A DNA stretch of 64,000 nucleotides from an uncultured Candidatus Saccharibacteria bacterium (lineage in GTDB: Bacteria; Patescibacteriota; Minisyncoccia; Phycocordibacterales; PALSA-1337): NCBI GenBank assembly GCA_964412585.1, contig CAYPPJ010000006.1:31-64030 (forward strand). Reading direction: 5' to 3'. Numbering within the stretch: position 1 is the stretch's first letter; each line of letters begins with the position of its first letter. The notes below the pieces were generated by a model. The model was not told the DNA's origin, ran no database searches, and saw only the letters and a list, made by a program, of their open reading frames with translations. The translations under genes and the position numbers were made by a program. This document shows, in pieces, positions 48,669 to 58,044 of the stretch.

Positions 48669-50021
48669 CTACAACCCCTGCAACGGATCAATCATAGTTC
48701 GTTGGATGTTGTCTGCTTTTGCAATCACACTATTACCATACGAAGCAATGAGAGACGAGGCGCTACAGGATTTGCCAGAATAGTACTTGCAAGCTGCGTT
48801 TCGCTCTGATGAATAGGTGCCACCTGAAGCTCCTAGGTCTCCCAAATAGATTGATGAGGCCATGAACGCATGCGATGGATTCCATGGATCAGGAATACCT
48901 GAGATGCCTAGATTGGCCGCAATACGATCCTCAAATAGTACCCACGTTGAAGCAATAAACTGCGCAGGACCCATCGCACCACCCCAGCCGACTGATTGAG
49001 GACATGAAACGACCTGCTTCATCGGATCTCCTCCGAGTTTTTTCACAATATCAATAAATGGTTCCACATCACGCCCCGGCTTCATAACTTTTGCAACATA
49101 AGAACCAGTTTTTTTACTGATACCTTCACCTGTTTGTGTATTGGTCAGGTAGCATGCGCCGACATTTGCTCCCAACGCGGACTCTTGGGTCAGAATGGCT
49201 AATACGAAGGCTGGTCTAACGCCTGTCTTTGCAGCAGCTGCCTGCGCATACTTGAGCGCATCGCCAAATGGAATTGGATTGGAGTCACGCAACTGGAACA
49301 ATGCGGCACGTATCTGGGAGGCACGTGCGCGCTTCTCAGCAAGAACAGCTGAATACGCTTTTTCATTGCCTTTGCTTGCGGCTAAGAGACGCTGTTTCTC
49401 AGCCTCATTTGCCTTAATACTCTTTTCTTCTTGCTGGATAATATAACGAGCATCTGTCTCTGCGTTTTTGCGTTTATCAAGCGTACTTTTTTCTGCCTCA
49501 GTCTCTGACTTATCCGATCGGATCCGTTCAAAGGTAGTCTTGAGACCCTCTTGCACTGATTGGAACGAATCAAGATCTGTAAAAAATCCAGTCAGCGTCG
49601 TCTGAGACAAAAGCATTTCAGGCAGTGTATATGTCCCCGCCTCATTGGTCTTGCGCATAATCTGTGCCAAGGTATCTCGTCCACGATCAATACGATCTTC
49701 CAGTTTCCCAATATATACCTCTTTATTTTTTATATCTTTTCCGAGGCTTTCAATAAGCAAATTTTTTGCCTTGATGTTGAGCTGAGCAACTTTGATTTTT
49801 GCCGACAACACGGAAATATCTTTTTGCAATGACGAACTCTGTCCCTGGGCTGAAGCAAGGTCTTTTTCAGCCTGTTTCTGGTCGGCTTCAACCTGTGCCA
49901 ATTCACGTTCTAGTTGTGCTTTTTGTTCAGGAGTAAGAACCTGGGCATGTAGAGGTGCAAAAAATGCCATAAGTGACAATATTAAAACCGCCAGGATGTA
50001 GATTCGTTGCCTGATGTTCAT
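48669..50021 (-). CDS. Secreted coiled-coil protein with a C-terminal lysozyme-like (lytic transglycosylase-type) peptidoglycan hydrolase domain.
   Basis: Signal/TM N-terminus, long heptad-rich region, C-terminal AFVLAILTQESALG motif with a catalytic-Glu context. Confidence 0.5.
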   Translation of the reverse strand: MNIRQRIYILAVLILSLMAFFAPLHAQVLTPEQKAQLERELAQVEADQKQAEKDLASAQGQSSSLQKDISVLSAKIKVAQLNIKAKNLLIESLGKDIKNKEVYIGKLEDRIDRGRDTLAQIMRKTNEAGTYTLPEMLLSQTTLTGFFTDLDSFQSVQEGLKTTFERIRSDKSETEAEKSTLDKRKNAETDARYIIQQEEKSIKANEAEKQRLLAASKGNEKAYSAVLAEKRARASQIRAALFQLRDSNPIPFGDALKYAQAAAAKTGVRPAFVLAILTQESALGANVGACYLTNTQTGEGISKKTGSYVAKVMKPGRDVEPFIDIVKKLGGDPMKQVVSCPQSVGWGGAMGPAQFIASTWVLFEDRIAANLGISGIPDPWNPSHAFMASSIYLGDLGASGGTYSSERNAACKYYSGKSCSASSLIASYGNSVIAKADNIQRTMIDPLQGL

Positions 50022-50086
50022 GTATGGTAAGTATAGCAAAAAGCGCACCGACGTGCGCCTTTTGTGATGACGTATGATGTGGTGAA

Positions 50087-50773
50087 TTATTTCTTGTCAG
50101 CCTTCTTTTCTGCCTTTGCATCTGCAGCTGGAGCAGCTCCCGCCTCACCTTCGACCTCTTCCTTACCCTTCTTTTCAACTTCGATAGCTGACATGTCGAT
50201 AGCTGTTGGCGCTTCTTCGACTTCTTCCTTTGCAACTGCAATAGATGCGATAACTTCCTCTGGATTGATCTTGAGCTCAACACCTTTTGGAAGTACAAGG
50301 TCTTTTGCCTTGATGACATCAGTAAGCTCAACAAGCTTCGAAATATCAACAGTGAGATCATGTGGAAGATCGCGAGGAGCAGCCTCGATCTCAATCTCAC
50401 GATGAACTTTGACGAGAATGCCTGCCTTGTCCTTTACGGCCGGAGAAACGCCTGTAAAGTCCAATGGGACAGAAACCTCTACTTTCTTTCCCTTTTCGAT
50501 AACATAAAAATCAGCATGGCGAACCTCACCGGAAAGTGGATGGATATCTACCTCGTGGATGAGAGTCTCATGCTCAGTACCAGCGGCATCTTTGAGAATG
50601 ACGACTGAGGATTCACCTGCCTTTTTCCAGACCTTCGTAAACTCCTTGGCGTTCAACGTTATCGAAGTTGACGCCTCTTTTGGGCCGTAAAAAACAGCCG
50701 GCATCTTGCCTGCGGCCCTGATAGCTTCGAGCTTATCGGTCGAAACGCGCTTTTCTGCGGTTAATGACAACAT
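50087..50773 (-). CDS. rplY: 50S ribosomal protein L25/general stress protein Ctc.
   Basis: L25 N-domain pattern plus Ctc-type C-terminal domain with an acidic/Lys tail. Confidence 0.75.
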   Translation of the reverse strand: MLSLTAEKRVSTDKLEAIRAAGKMPAVFYGPKEASTSITLNAKEFTKVWKKAGESSVVILKDAAGTEHETLIHEVDIHPLSGEVRHADFYVIEKGKKVEVSVPLDFTGVSPAVKDKAGILVKVHREIEIEAAPRDLPHDLTVDISKLVELTDVIKAKDLVLPKGVELKINPEEVIASIAVAKEEVEEAPTAIDMSAIEVEKKGKEEVEGEAGAAPAADAKAEKKADKK

Positions 50774-50778
50774 GCGGA

Positions 50779-51735
50779 CTATCTTACACTAATTGGTGGA
50801 AAAAGCAACCCGCGAGCCATGCGAGCGGAGCCGGGGTCGTATGACACCAACCCGCGAGCCATGCGAGCGGAGCCGTCCTCCAGGGTGAGGGCAACCCGCG
50901 AGCCATGCGAGGCAGGCTGGGGTTGCATGGCACCAACCACGTGTTCTGGGATACCAGCAAGATAAATCTCGTTAAGTTGCGATAGTGTTAGTGGCGTCTG
51001 AAACACTCCAACATCATCAATCATTCCTTGAAAAAAGAATATCCCTGCATATGCGTACCCAATCCTCGTAAACTGGGGTTGTGGTCCACAGGTATATGCG
51101 GGGACCCCGGCAGCAGTTACATCCCTTCCATTCACATACAAGGTCGCTTTTGTTCCCTCGACTATGATTGCGACATGCTGCCACTTATTGAGACTCAACA
51201 CACCGGTATTGCTAGAAAATGTGAGCGATTCACAAACATATTGGATACCAGCATTTGCATTTATACTAAAACCAGTATTACCTCCTCCTGTCCCCATGAA
51301 GCCGCGTACACCAGAAAACAACGTCGGGTATATCCACGCCATATACGTAAACGAGACCGGCGATGGGTAAACGGATGGAGGATTTGGGTTGATATCAACA
51401 AAGCTTGAAGACCCGTTAAAACTCAACGCATATCCAGTACCTGATGGCGTCGTTGCAACATATCCGTATGGTGACACCATACTTGTTGGCGATCCGTGCC
51501 GCTTGTATATAGACGCGTCTAGTGCCTGACCTGACCCCGTATTAAAATCATACCAACCAAATGCTGTAAGCGACAATAATCTATATACAGCCGATGAAAA
51601 AGATTGGCCTGCGGAGATCTGGGCTTTGTCTCGAACACCACTCAGTGCAACAAGCACCACTGACGAGAGCATGCTAATAATGGAAATCACCACCAGAAGC
51701 TCAATCAATGTGAAGCCTGTAGTGTATCGTTTCAT
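50779..51735 (-). CDS. Type IV pilin-like protein with a LamG/concanavalin-like domain and a C-terminal GSARMARGL tandem repeat, paralog 1 of 3.
   Basis: Prepilin N-terminus GFTLIELLVVISIISML; WQHVAIIVEGTKATLYVNG LamG-like motif; C-terminus encoded by a 3 x 43-bp DNA tandem repeat. Confidence 0.6.
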   Translation of the reverse strand: MKRYTTGFTLIELLVVISIISMLSSVVLVALSGVRDKAQISAGQSFSSAVYRLLSLTAFGWYDFNTGSGQALDASIYKRHGSPTSMVSPYGYVATTPSGTGYALSFNGSSSFVDINPNPPSVYPSPVSFTYMAWIYPTLFSGVRGFMGTGGGNTGFSINANAGIQYVCESLTFSSNTGVLSLNKWQHVAIIVEGTKATLYVNGRDVTAAGVPAYTCGPQPQFTRIGYAYAGIFFFQGMIDDVGVFQTPLTLSQLNEIYLAGIPEHVVGAMQPQPASHGSRVALTLEDGSARMARGLVSYDPGSARMARGLLFPPISVR

Positions 51736-51818
51736 TGAGTATTAAAATCAAACGCACGTAAACTTATCGCTCATATACAAGAGTAAATGCTGCGTTGTGG
51801 CGAATTTTCATCACAGCA

Positions 51819-52619
51819 TTATTGTAGCGCAAGTTGATGATTATTTCGACCTTCTGCATATATTGCCCGCACCTCCATAGCGGTCAATGATTCGGCAAAA
51901 ATCTGCACGTCGTCAATCAGGCCTTTAAATTTATAATTATTTGTCATGCCATTACCAATGGTAAAATCTTGTAACTGAAACAGGCTATTGGAAGTTGCGA
52001 CACTGCCTATCAATTTACCATCTATGTACATTGAGAGTTGACCGGATTTGGTGTCAAAATTGCAAAAAATATGATGCCATTTACTATCATAGATAAGAGC
52101 ATTGGGAACTGCGACACCAAATTGCTGCCAACATGTTGTGTTCGTGCCATTGTGATATATTTGCCGTCCACTACCATCATTATTAAATACAAGTAAATAT
52201 TCATACGATACGCCCGAATCGAGCGCGGCATTGTTTCGGTTAACCCAAAGTGAATATGCATAACTGGCATTTGAAAGTGTACGTGGTATTGATGGAGTAT
52301 ACGTTAGACGATTCACCTGATTCTGGGCATCAAAAGCTGAACCGGCGGAAAAGCTCGAAACGCGACCAATCGATACTGCTGTCGTAAAATTGTTCGATTG
52401 ATCAAGAGGTGCACCTGAGCCCTCATTGAAGTTCGCAAAGAAGATCATATCCGAACCAAGTTTATGATAGTTGTATGTCGCAAAAGTAACAATACTCCCT
52501 ATTCTTCCTTTATCACGCGCACCTTGTAGTGCCACCAACACAACTGATGACAACATGCTGATAATCGATAGGACCACCAGTAATTCAACAAGAGTAAAGG
52601 CTTTGGTATATCGTTTCAT
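51819..52619 (-). CDS. Type IV pilin-like protein with a LamG-like domain, paralog 2 of 3.
   Basis: AFTLVELLVVLSIISML N-terminus; WHHIFCNFDTKSGQLSMYIDG. Confidence 0.6.
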   Translation of the reverse strand: MKRYTKAFTLVELLVVLSIISMLSSVVLVALQGARDKGRIGSIVTFATYNYHKLGSDMIFFANFNEGSGAPLDQSNNFTTAVSIGRVSSFSAGSAFDAQNQVNRLTYTPSIPRTLSNASYAYSLWVNRNNAALDSGVSYEYLLVFNNDGSGRQIYHNGTNTTCWQQFGVAVPNALIYDSKWHHIFCNFDTKSGQLSMYIDGKLIGSVATSNSLFQLQDFTIGNGMTNNYKFKGLIDDVQIFAESLTAMEVRAIYAEGRNNHQLALQ

Positions 52620-52622
52620 TTT

Positions 52623-53498
52623 TTACTGTGCTTCAGCAAGTGTGTGTGTTGGTAAGCCGGCTGCATACATACGCTCAATGTCAGAAGCGGCGAGTGATTG
52701 CGTATATATAGCAACATCATCGATACCACCCTTGAAGGTCTGCGACGCACCATTGTTTAAGTAACCAAGACGGACACACGAAACACGCCTACTTACTCCC
52801 GTAGCACTGGCAAGCATAGGCCCTGGTATTTTTTTGCCATTTACGAAAAACGTGTGTGTGTTACTGGTTGCATTATATGTATAGGCCACATGAGTCCACT
52901 TTGCTTTTGGAATATAGCCGGTTCCGTCATACCACTGGTTGGATCCAACGCCACCATTATAAATGGCGACCTGAACTCCACTCGTAGCAGCAAACCAATA
53001 CAAGCTCGCTAAACGATTGTTCACATCACCACAGTTTGTCGTAATATCACTATAAAAAATCCATCCGTCAGCAGATGTCAAACTCGGCTTGACCCACATC
53101 GAGACTGTGTAGTTCGAAAATGTATTGTCGGGCATTTGTGCAGCAAGTGCAAACTGGCCTCCAACATTTGTACCAAGACCATCCAGTACGTACGATTGAC
53201 CAGCACCGTTTGGATTATCTGTCGTCGAGAAAGTTCCTGCTGCACCATTGGTTCCAACAAAAGCATATTGTGACTGATTGACTAGGGCACCTTTATTGAA
53301 GTCGGAATAGAGTATCGCATCTGCACCAAATGCATGATAGGTATAGCCAGAGAATCGTACCCCCGCACTTACCTGTCCTTTGTCTCTTGCCCCTTGGATA
53401 GCCACCAACACCACTGACGCAAGCATCGAGATAATCGACATAACCACTAGAAGTTCGACGAGAGTGAATGCTTTTGCATCAAGACGACGGTGGATCAT
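52623..53498 (-). CDS. Type IV pilin-like protein with a LamG-like domain, paralog 3 of 3.
   Basis: AFTLVELLVVMSIISML N-terminus; WTHVAYTYNATSNTHTFFVNG. Confidence 0.6.
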   Translation of the reverse strand: MIHRRLDAKAFTLVELLVVMSIISMLASVVLVAIQGARDKGQVSAGVRFSGYTYHAFGADAILYSDFNKGALVNQSQYAFVGTNGAAGTFSTTDNPNGAGQSYVLDGLGTNVGGQFALAAQMPDNTFSNYTVSMWVKPSLTSADGWIFYSDITTNCGDVNNRLASLYWFAATSGVQVAIYNGGVGSNQWYDGTGYIPKAKWTHVAYTYNATSNTHTFFVNGKKIPGPMLASATGVSRRVSCVRLGYLNNGASQTFKGGIDDVAIYTQSLAASDIERMYAAGLPTHTLAEAQ

Positions 53499-53626
53499 GG
53501 GATAAGATTAGAGAGCAAAATATCGAAGCATTATAAAGGTGGTAATAATATTCGCAACAAAAGCCAAGATCAGCACAATATATATTGAGCGCGGCAGTTT
53601 CGCCGTGTGAGCACGAGTATGTATCT

Positions 53627-53908
53627 TCATAAGATGTATGAAATAATGAAATAAGTAATTGCTATATTGATAAGTATAATGATAATAAGTATCCCTTGCG
53701 CAGCAGCAGGGGTCGTAGCGAACCCTTTTTTCATGAGCCATTGGACCATCTTTGGATCATTCCGATTTATAACGGGAGCTCCACCTCCACCAAAAGATGG
53801 GGGTGCAGAAAAACCGCCAGGAGCTGGTCGTTGCGGCGTATAATTAAATTTGTCTTCTTCAAATTCTACTCCTGAGGACATAATATAGATCTGTTTAGCT
53901 GACATCAC
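53627..53908 (-). CDS. Small C-terminally anchored membrane protein, hypothetical.
   Basis: Gly/Pro-rich segment then a hydrophobic C-terminus. Confidence 0.3.
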   Translation of the reverse strand: MMSAKQIYIMSSGVEFEEDKFNYTPQRPAPGGFSAPPSFGGGGAPVINRNDPKMVQWLMKKGFATTPAAAQGILIIIILINIAITYFIISYIL

Positions 53909-53973
53909 TCATTATAGCAGAATACTGCCCTAGATACGCCACCAATGTGGACAACCAGGCCCTTCATAGGTAT

Positions 53974-54838
53974 CTAAATACCGTTGATAATCCTCAGTTT
54001 TTCTTCTACTACTTTTTGCATAGCTAGCTTTGCTGGCTTGAGAAATTTGTACGGAGCAACCTCATCCCCATCGTTGGAAAGTGACTTGAGTAGACCTGAG
54101 CGGTATGCGATGCGTAGCTCAGTATTAACATGAACAATAGCCACACCAGCTTTGACTGCCGCACGAATATCCTCCGCAGAATTGCCCGATGCGCCATGAA
54201 GGACAAGAGGAACTCCTGTGGCCATAGAAATTTCTTTGACCCGGGCGATATTGAGAGCTGGGTCACCACCGCGGACAACCCCGTGAATATTCCCGACCGC
54301 TGGCGCCAAGAGGTCCACACCCGTCTCTTTGACAAACTGGGCCGCAACCTCTGGTTTGGTCATATTGGTATCACCAACGACTGCCCCGTCCGGAATCGCA
54401 TCCAATATTTTTGATGATGTTCCAATAAAGCCGAGTTCGCCCTCGACGATCACATCTCGACCTGATTTTTTGGCAAACTCAACACATTTGTGTGCGATTG
54501 AGACATTTTCCTCAAAAGAAAGTTGTGCGCCATCAAAAATCACCGCATCAAATCCTGCTGTTATCGCTTCTTTGACACGCTCAAATGAATATGTGTGATC
54601 TGCATTCAAGAAAATGGGCTGACCGCGATGTTCGCGAACACTTTTTACCACCGCAGTAATCTCATTGACCCCCACATAGTCACGTTCGCCTTCTGAAACA
54701 CCAATGATGACAGGTAGATTGAGTTCCTTGGCCGCATCGACAACTGCCCATACACCATCGAGAGTAGAAACATTAAAATGACCAATAGCGACGTGTTTTG
54801 ACTGCGCATCTTTTATATATTCGCGAAGTGTTTTCATA
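53974..54838 (-). CDS. fba: Class II fructose/tagatose-bisphosphate aldolase.
   Basis: VAIGHFN, LNADHT, VLHGASG motifs; internal Met start. Confidence 0.75.
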
Positions 54839-54903
54839 GTGAAAAAGCGATTAGTAATCTCCGTGTGCATAATTGTACCACACAACAATGATATAATACT
54901 TCC

Positions 54904-55899
54904 ATGTTCCACAGACCTCTTGACCTCATCACTATCGGCGACATCACCACCGATGCGTTCATCAAACTCAAAGAAGCAGAGGTGCACTGCAAGATTGACC
55001 ACAATACCTGCGAGATTTGCATGTCTTTTGGCGATAAAATCCCTTTTGAAAGTGCCAAGATCGTCAAGGGTGTAGGTAATGCGGCAAATGCAGCTGTTGC
55101 GGGTGCCCGACTCGGTCTGCGTACGGCACTGGTTGCAAACATTGGCACAGACCTCAATGGTCAGGAGTGCATGAATTCACTTCAGCACAATCATGTAGTC
55201 ACGTCATATATCAGGAAAAATGAAGGCAAGGCCACCAATTATCATTATGTCTTATGTTATGGCGCTGAGCGAACAATACTAGTCAATCATGTCGACTATG
55301 ACTACAAGCTGCCGAAATTACCAGAGGCACGATGGATCTATCTAACGTCATTGGCTTCAAATACTTTTCCATATCATATGGCAGTTGCCGACTATATCGA
55401 GGCTCACCCACAGATGCGTGTGGCTTTCCAACCTGGCACATTCCAAATGAAGCTTGGCTTTGATGAATTGAAACGTATCTACTCACGAACAGATGTTTTT
55501 ATCGTAAATGTCGAAGAAGCACAGCGCATGCTCAATACCGATTCACACGACGTAAAGTTACTAATGTCCAAGCTGCACAATTTTGGACCAAAGCTCATTC
55601 TGGTAACTGATGGTCCGAAAGGGGCCTATATGTTCGATGGCGACCACCACTATTTCATGCCAATCTATCCGGATCCAAAACCACCCACTCAGCGTACTGG
55701 ATGTGGCGACGCATTTGCCTCAACCTTCGTCTCCGCTCTCGCTATGGGTAAATCACCTCTAGAAGCCCTGACTTGGGCACCAGTCAATCCGATGTCAGTC
55801 GCACAGTTCGTTGGCGCACAAGAAGGGTTACTTACTCTCGAACAACTTGAATGGTGGCTTAAAAAAGCACCGGCAGATTATCGGGTCAAAGAGATTTAG
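54904..55899 (+). CDS. PfkB-family carbohydrate kinase.
   Basis: C-terminal TGCGDAFASTFV (DTxGAGD-type) motif; N-terminal GG-type pattern. Confidence 0.65.
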   Translation: MFHRPLDLITIGDITTDAFIKLKEAEVHCKIDHNTCEICMSFGDKIPFESAKIVKGVGNAANAAVAGARLGLRTALVANIGTDLNGQECMNSLQHNHVVTSYIRKNEGKATNYHYVLCYGAERTILVNHVDYDYKLPKLPEARWIYLTSLASNTFPYHMAVADYIEAHPQMRVAFQPGTFQMKLGFDELKRIYSRTDVFIVNVEEAQRMLNTDSHDVKLLMSKLHNFGPKLILVTDGPKGAYMFDGDHHYFMPIYPDPKPPTQRTGCGDAFASTFVSALAMGKSPLEALTWAPVNPMSVAQFVGAQEGLLTLEQLEWWLKKAPADYRVKEI

Positions 55900-57254
55900 G
55901 TATGCAATCGCCTGAATTCACCCCACTTCCCTTCAACAATCGCTTTTCGTGCATTTTTTACCAGATGCACCAAGAAATAGAGGTTGTGTATTGAAGTTAA
56001 TGTGGCGGCCAGCATTTCTTTGGCACGGAAAAGATGTGCAAGGTACGCCTTTGTATAGTTGGTGCAGGTATAACAACCACAGTCCTTTTCTATAGACGTA
56101 AAATCAGAGACAAACTGTGCATTGAATAAATTAATTCGGCCTCCTTTTATATATGCCGCTCCGTTGCGAGCGATACGTGTAGGCGCGACGCAATCGAAGG
56201 TGTCAATACCATTCTCAATTCCTAAAATGAGATCCTCGGGTTCGCCAATACCCAGGAGGTGACGTGGCTTATTCTCAGGCAATTCTTCGCAGACCCAGCC
56301 GACTGCGGTTCCAATGTCATCTTTATCAAATGAACCACCGATACCAAACCCGTCGAAATCCATTGAACCAATTGTTTTGGCAGAATGTCTACGTAGATCT
56401 TCGTGACGACCGCCCTGAACGATGCCAAATAAGGCGGACGTGCGAGACAAGATTTTTCTGGACACGCCGTCGACGCGTGGTCGCGTCGCGGCTGGTTCTC
56501 CCTCGCCTTCGCTCGGTCCGAAGCGTCCAGAAAAACTGTCTCCCACGTCCGCCTTTCGGTGTGCATCCAAACAACGCTGCGCCCAGGCATGAGTACGTTC
56601 AACAGCTGCTTTCTGCTTCTCATACGACTCCTGCGGTGAGAGACATTCATCAAATGCAAAAATAATGTCGGCACCAATGGCGTGCTGGATTTCAATGGAG
56701 CGTTCAGGAGTGAAGCGGTGCGTTGAACCATCGATGATTGATTTGAAGGTGACGCCATCATCGTCGATTTTGGCTAACTTAACGGACTTAGCTTCGTCGG
56801 ACATGAGTTCTGATACGCGCGTTCCGGCCTGCTGGCCGGCCGCTATGCTCGGCCTCAACGGCCTGTGCAATGTATCAGAACCCATGTCCTTCTTTGCTTC
56901 GTCCGTATCTGTTTGCCGTCCAATCTTCGATCCACCACCAAACGCCGGACCGAGTGAAAATGCTTGGAAGCCTCCCGAGTCCGTGAAGGTCGGGCCCTTC
57001 CAATTCATAAATTTTCCAAGACCTCCGGCTTTTTTGAGGACTTCAGTACCTGGTTGAAGATAGAGATGGTATGTATTCGCAAGAATGGCATCAGCCCCGA
57101 GTGAAGCGACCTGCTCTGGTGTAAGTGACTTTATCGTCGCTTTTGTGCCCACAGGAATAAAGGCGGGAGTCTGAATGTCCCCATGCGGTGTTTTGATGAC
57201 GCCTGCACGGCCCTTTGCGCCAGGAATCTTTGCTTCAATAGAAAATGAGAGCAT
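55896..57254 (-). CDS. tgt: Queuine tRNA-ribosyltransferase (Tgt) carrying two in-frame GC-rich insertions.
   Basis: FTDSGGFQ, catalytic-region motifs and the zinc-binding CxCxxC..H C-terminus; extra segments of about 55 and 40 aa. Confidence 0.8.
   Translation of the reverse strand: MLSFSIEAKIPGAKGRAGVIKTPHGDIQTPAFIPVGTKATIKSLTPEQVASLGADAILANTYHLYLQPGTEVLKKAGGLGKFMNWKGPTFTDSGGFQAFSLGPAFGGGSKIGRQTDTDEAKKDMGSDTLHRPLRPSIAAGQQAGTRVSELMSDEAKSVKLAKIDDDGVTFKSIIDGSTHRFTPERSIEIQHAIGADIIFAFDECLSPQESYEKQKAAVERTHAWAQRCLDAHRKADVGDSFSGRFGPSEGEGEPAATRPRVDGVSRKILSRTSALFGIVQGGRHEDLRRHSAKTIGSMDFDGFGIGGSFDKDDIGTAVGWVCEELPENKPRHLLGIGEPEDLILGIENGIDTFDCVAPTRIARNGAAYIKGGRINLFNAQFVSDFTSIEKDCGCYTCTNYTKAYLAHLFRAKEMLAATLTSIHNLYFLVHLVKNARKAIVEGKWGEFRRLHT
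56431..56555. repeat. GC-rich element flanked by a 12-bp perfect TIR, inserted in-frame in tgt.
   Basis: AAGGCGGACGTG ... CACGTCCGCCTT; internal palindrome CGACGCGTGGTCGCGTCG; GC far above the gene average. Confidence 0.55.
56818..56890. repeat. GC-rich palindromic MITE/RPE-like element, copy B, inserted in-frame in tgt.
   Basis: 9-bp perfect TIR TTCTGATAC/GTATCAGAA; about 85-90 percent identical by hand alignment to copy A. Confidence 0.65.
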
Positions 57255-57307
57255 GAGGTAAGAATAGAGAATATCGGCCCAATTAGCAAGAAAATGCGTG
57301 GCTAAGC

Positions 57308-58021
57308 TTGTTCTGTTATAATGAACACACTATGCATAACGAACATTCACCCATATCGCGCAAGGACGTTCACGCTGATACGACCAAGCATCATCTGGAA
57401 CAGATTAACAAAGAGTTCAAAGATGGTTTTGAGTTTCTAAAGAAATATCCAAAATCAGTCACTATATACGGATCTGCTCGAACAAAACATGACTCAAAAG
57501 AATTCAAGCTCGCCGAGCAGCTCGGACATCGCATTGTAAAAGATCTCAAATATGCGGTCGTCACGGGCGGTGGGCCAGGAACCATGGAAGCTGCTCACAA
57601 AGGTGCCCGCGAAGCTGGTGGGCAAGCAGTCGCGCTTGGCATTTCTCTTCCTCATGAAGCAAACGTCAATCACTACGCCACCGACCGACTCCAATTCACG
57701 TACTTCTTTTCTCGTAAAGCTATGCTCGCGTTCGCTGCAGAAGCATATGTGTTCTTCCCTGGTGGATTTGGAACCTTTGATGAACTGTTCAGCACACTTA
57801 CATTGATCCAGACTCGCAAAGTCCCTTCTGTTCCTGTTATTCTGGTTGGTTCATACTTTTGGAATGACCTCGCCAATTTCATCAATAAGAAAATGTTTGA
57901 GCAACAAGAGGCTATCGCCGACTATGATCGAAACATATTCAAGATAACTGATGACATTGATCAGATTATAGACATCATTCGCACTGCACCAGTTTCAGAA
58001 TGGTGGAGAAATATCAACTAA
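57308..58021 (+). CDS. LOG-family protein (cytokinin riboside 5'-monophosphate phosphoribohydrolase-like, Rossmann fold).
   Basis: VTGGGPGTMEA and PGGFGTFDEL motifs. Confidence 0.7.
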   Translation: MFCYNEHTMHNEHSPISRKDVHADTTKHHLEQINKEFKDGFEFLKKYPKSVTIYGSARTKHDSKEFKLAEQLGHRIVKDLKYAVVTGGGPGTMEAAHKGAREAGGQAVALGISLPHEANVNHYATDRLQFTYFFSRKAMLAFAAEAYVFFPGGFGTFDELFSTLTLIQTRKVPSVPVILVGSYFWNDLANFINKKMFEQQEAIADYDRNIFKITDDIDQIIDIIRTAPVSEWWRNIN

Positions 58022-58044
58022 TATTCTTCCTTACAAAAAATCCC

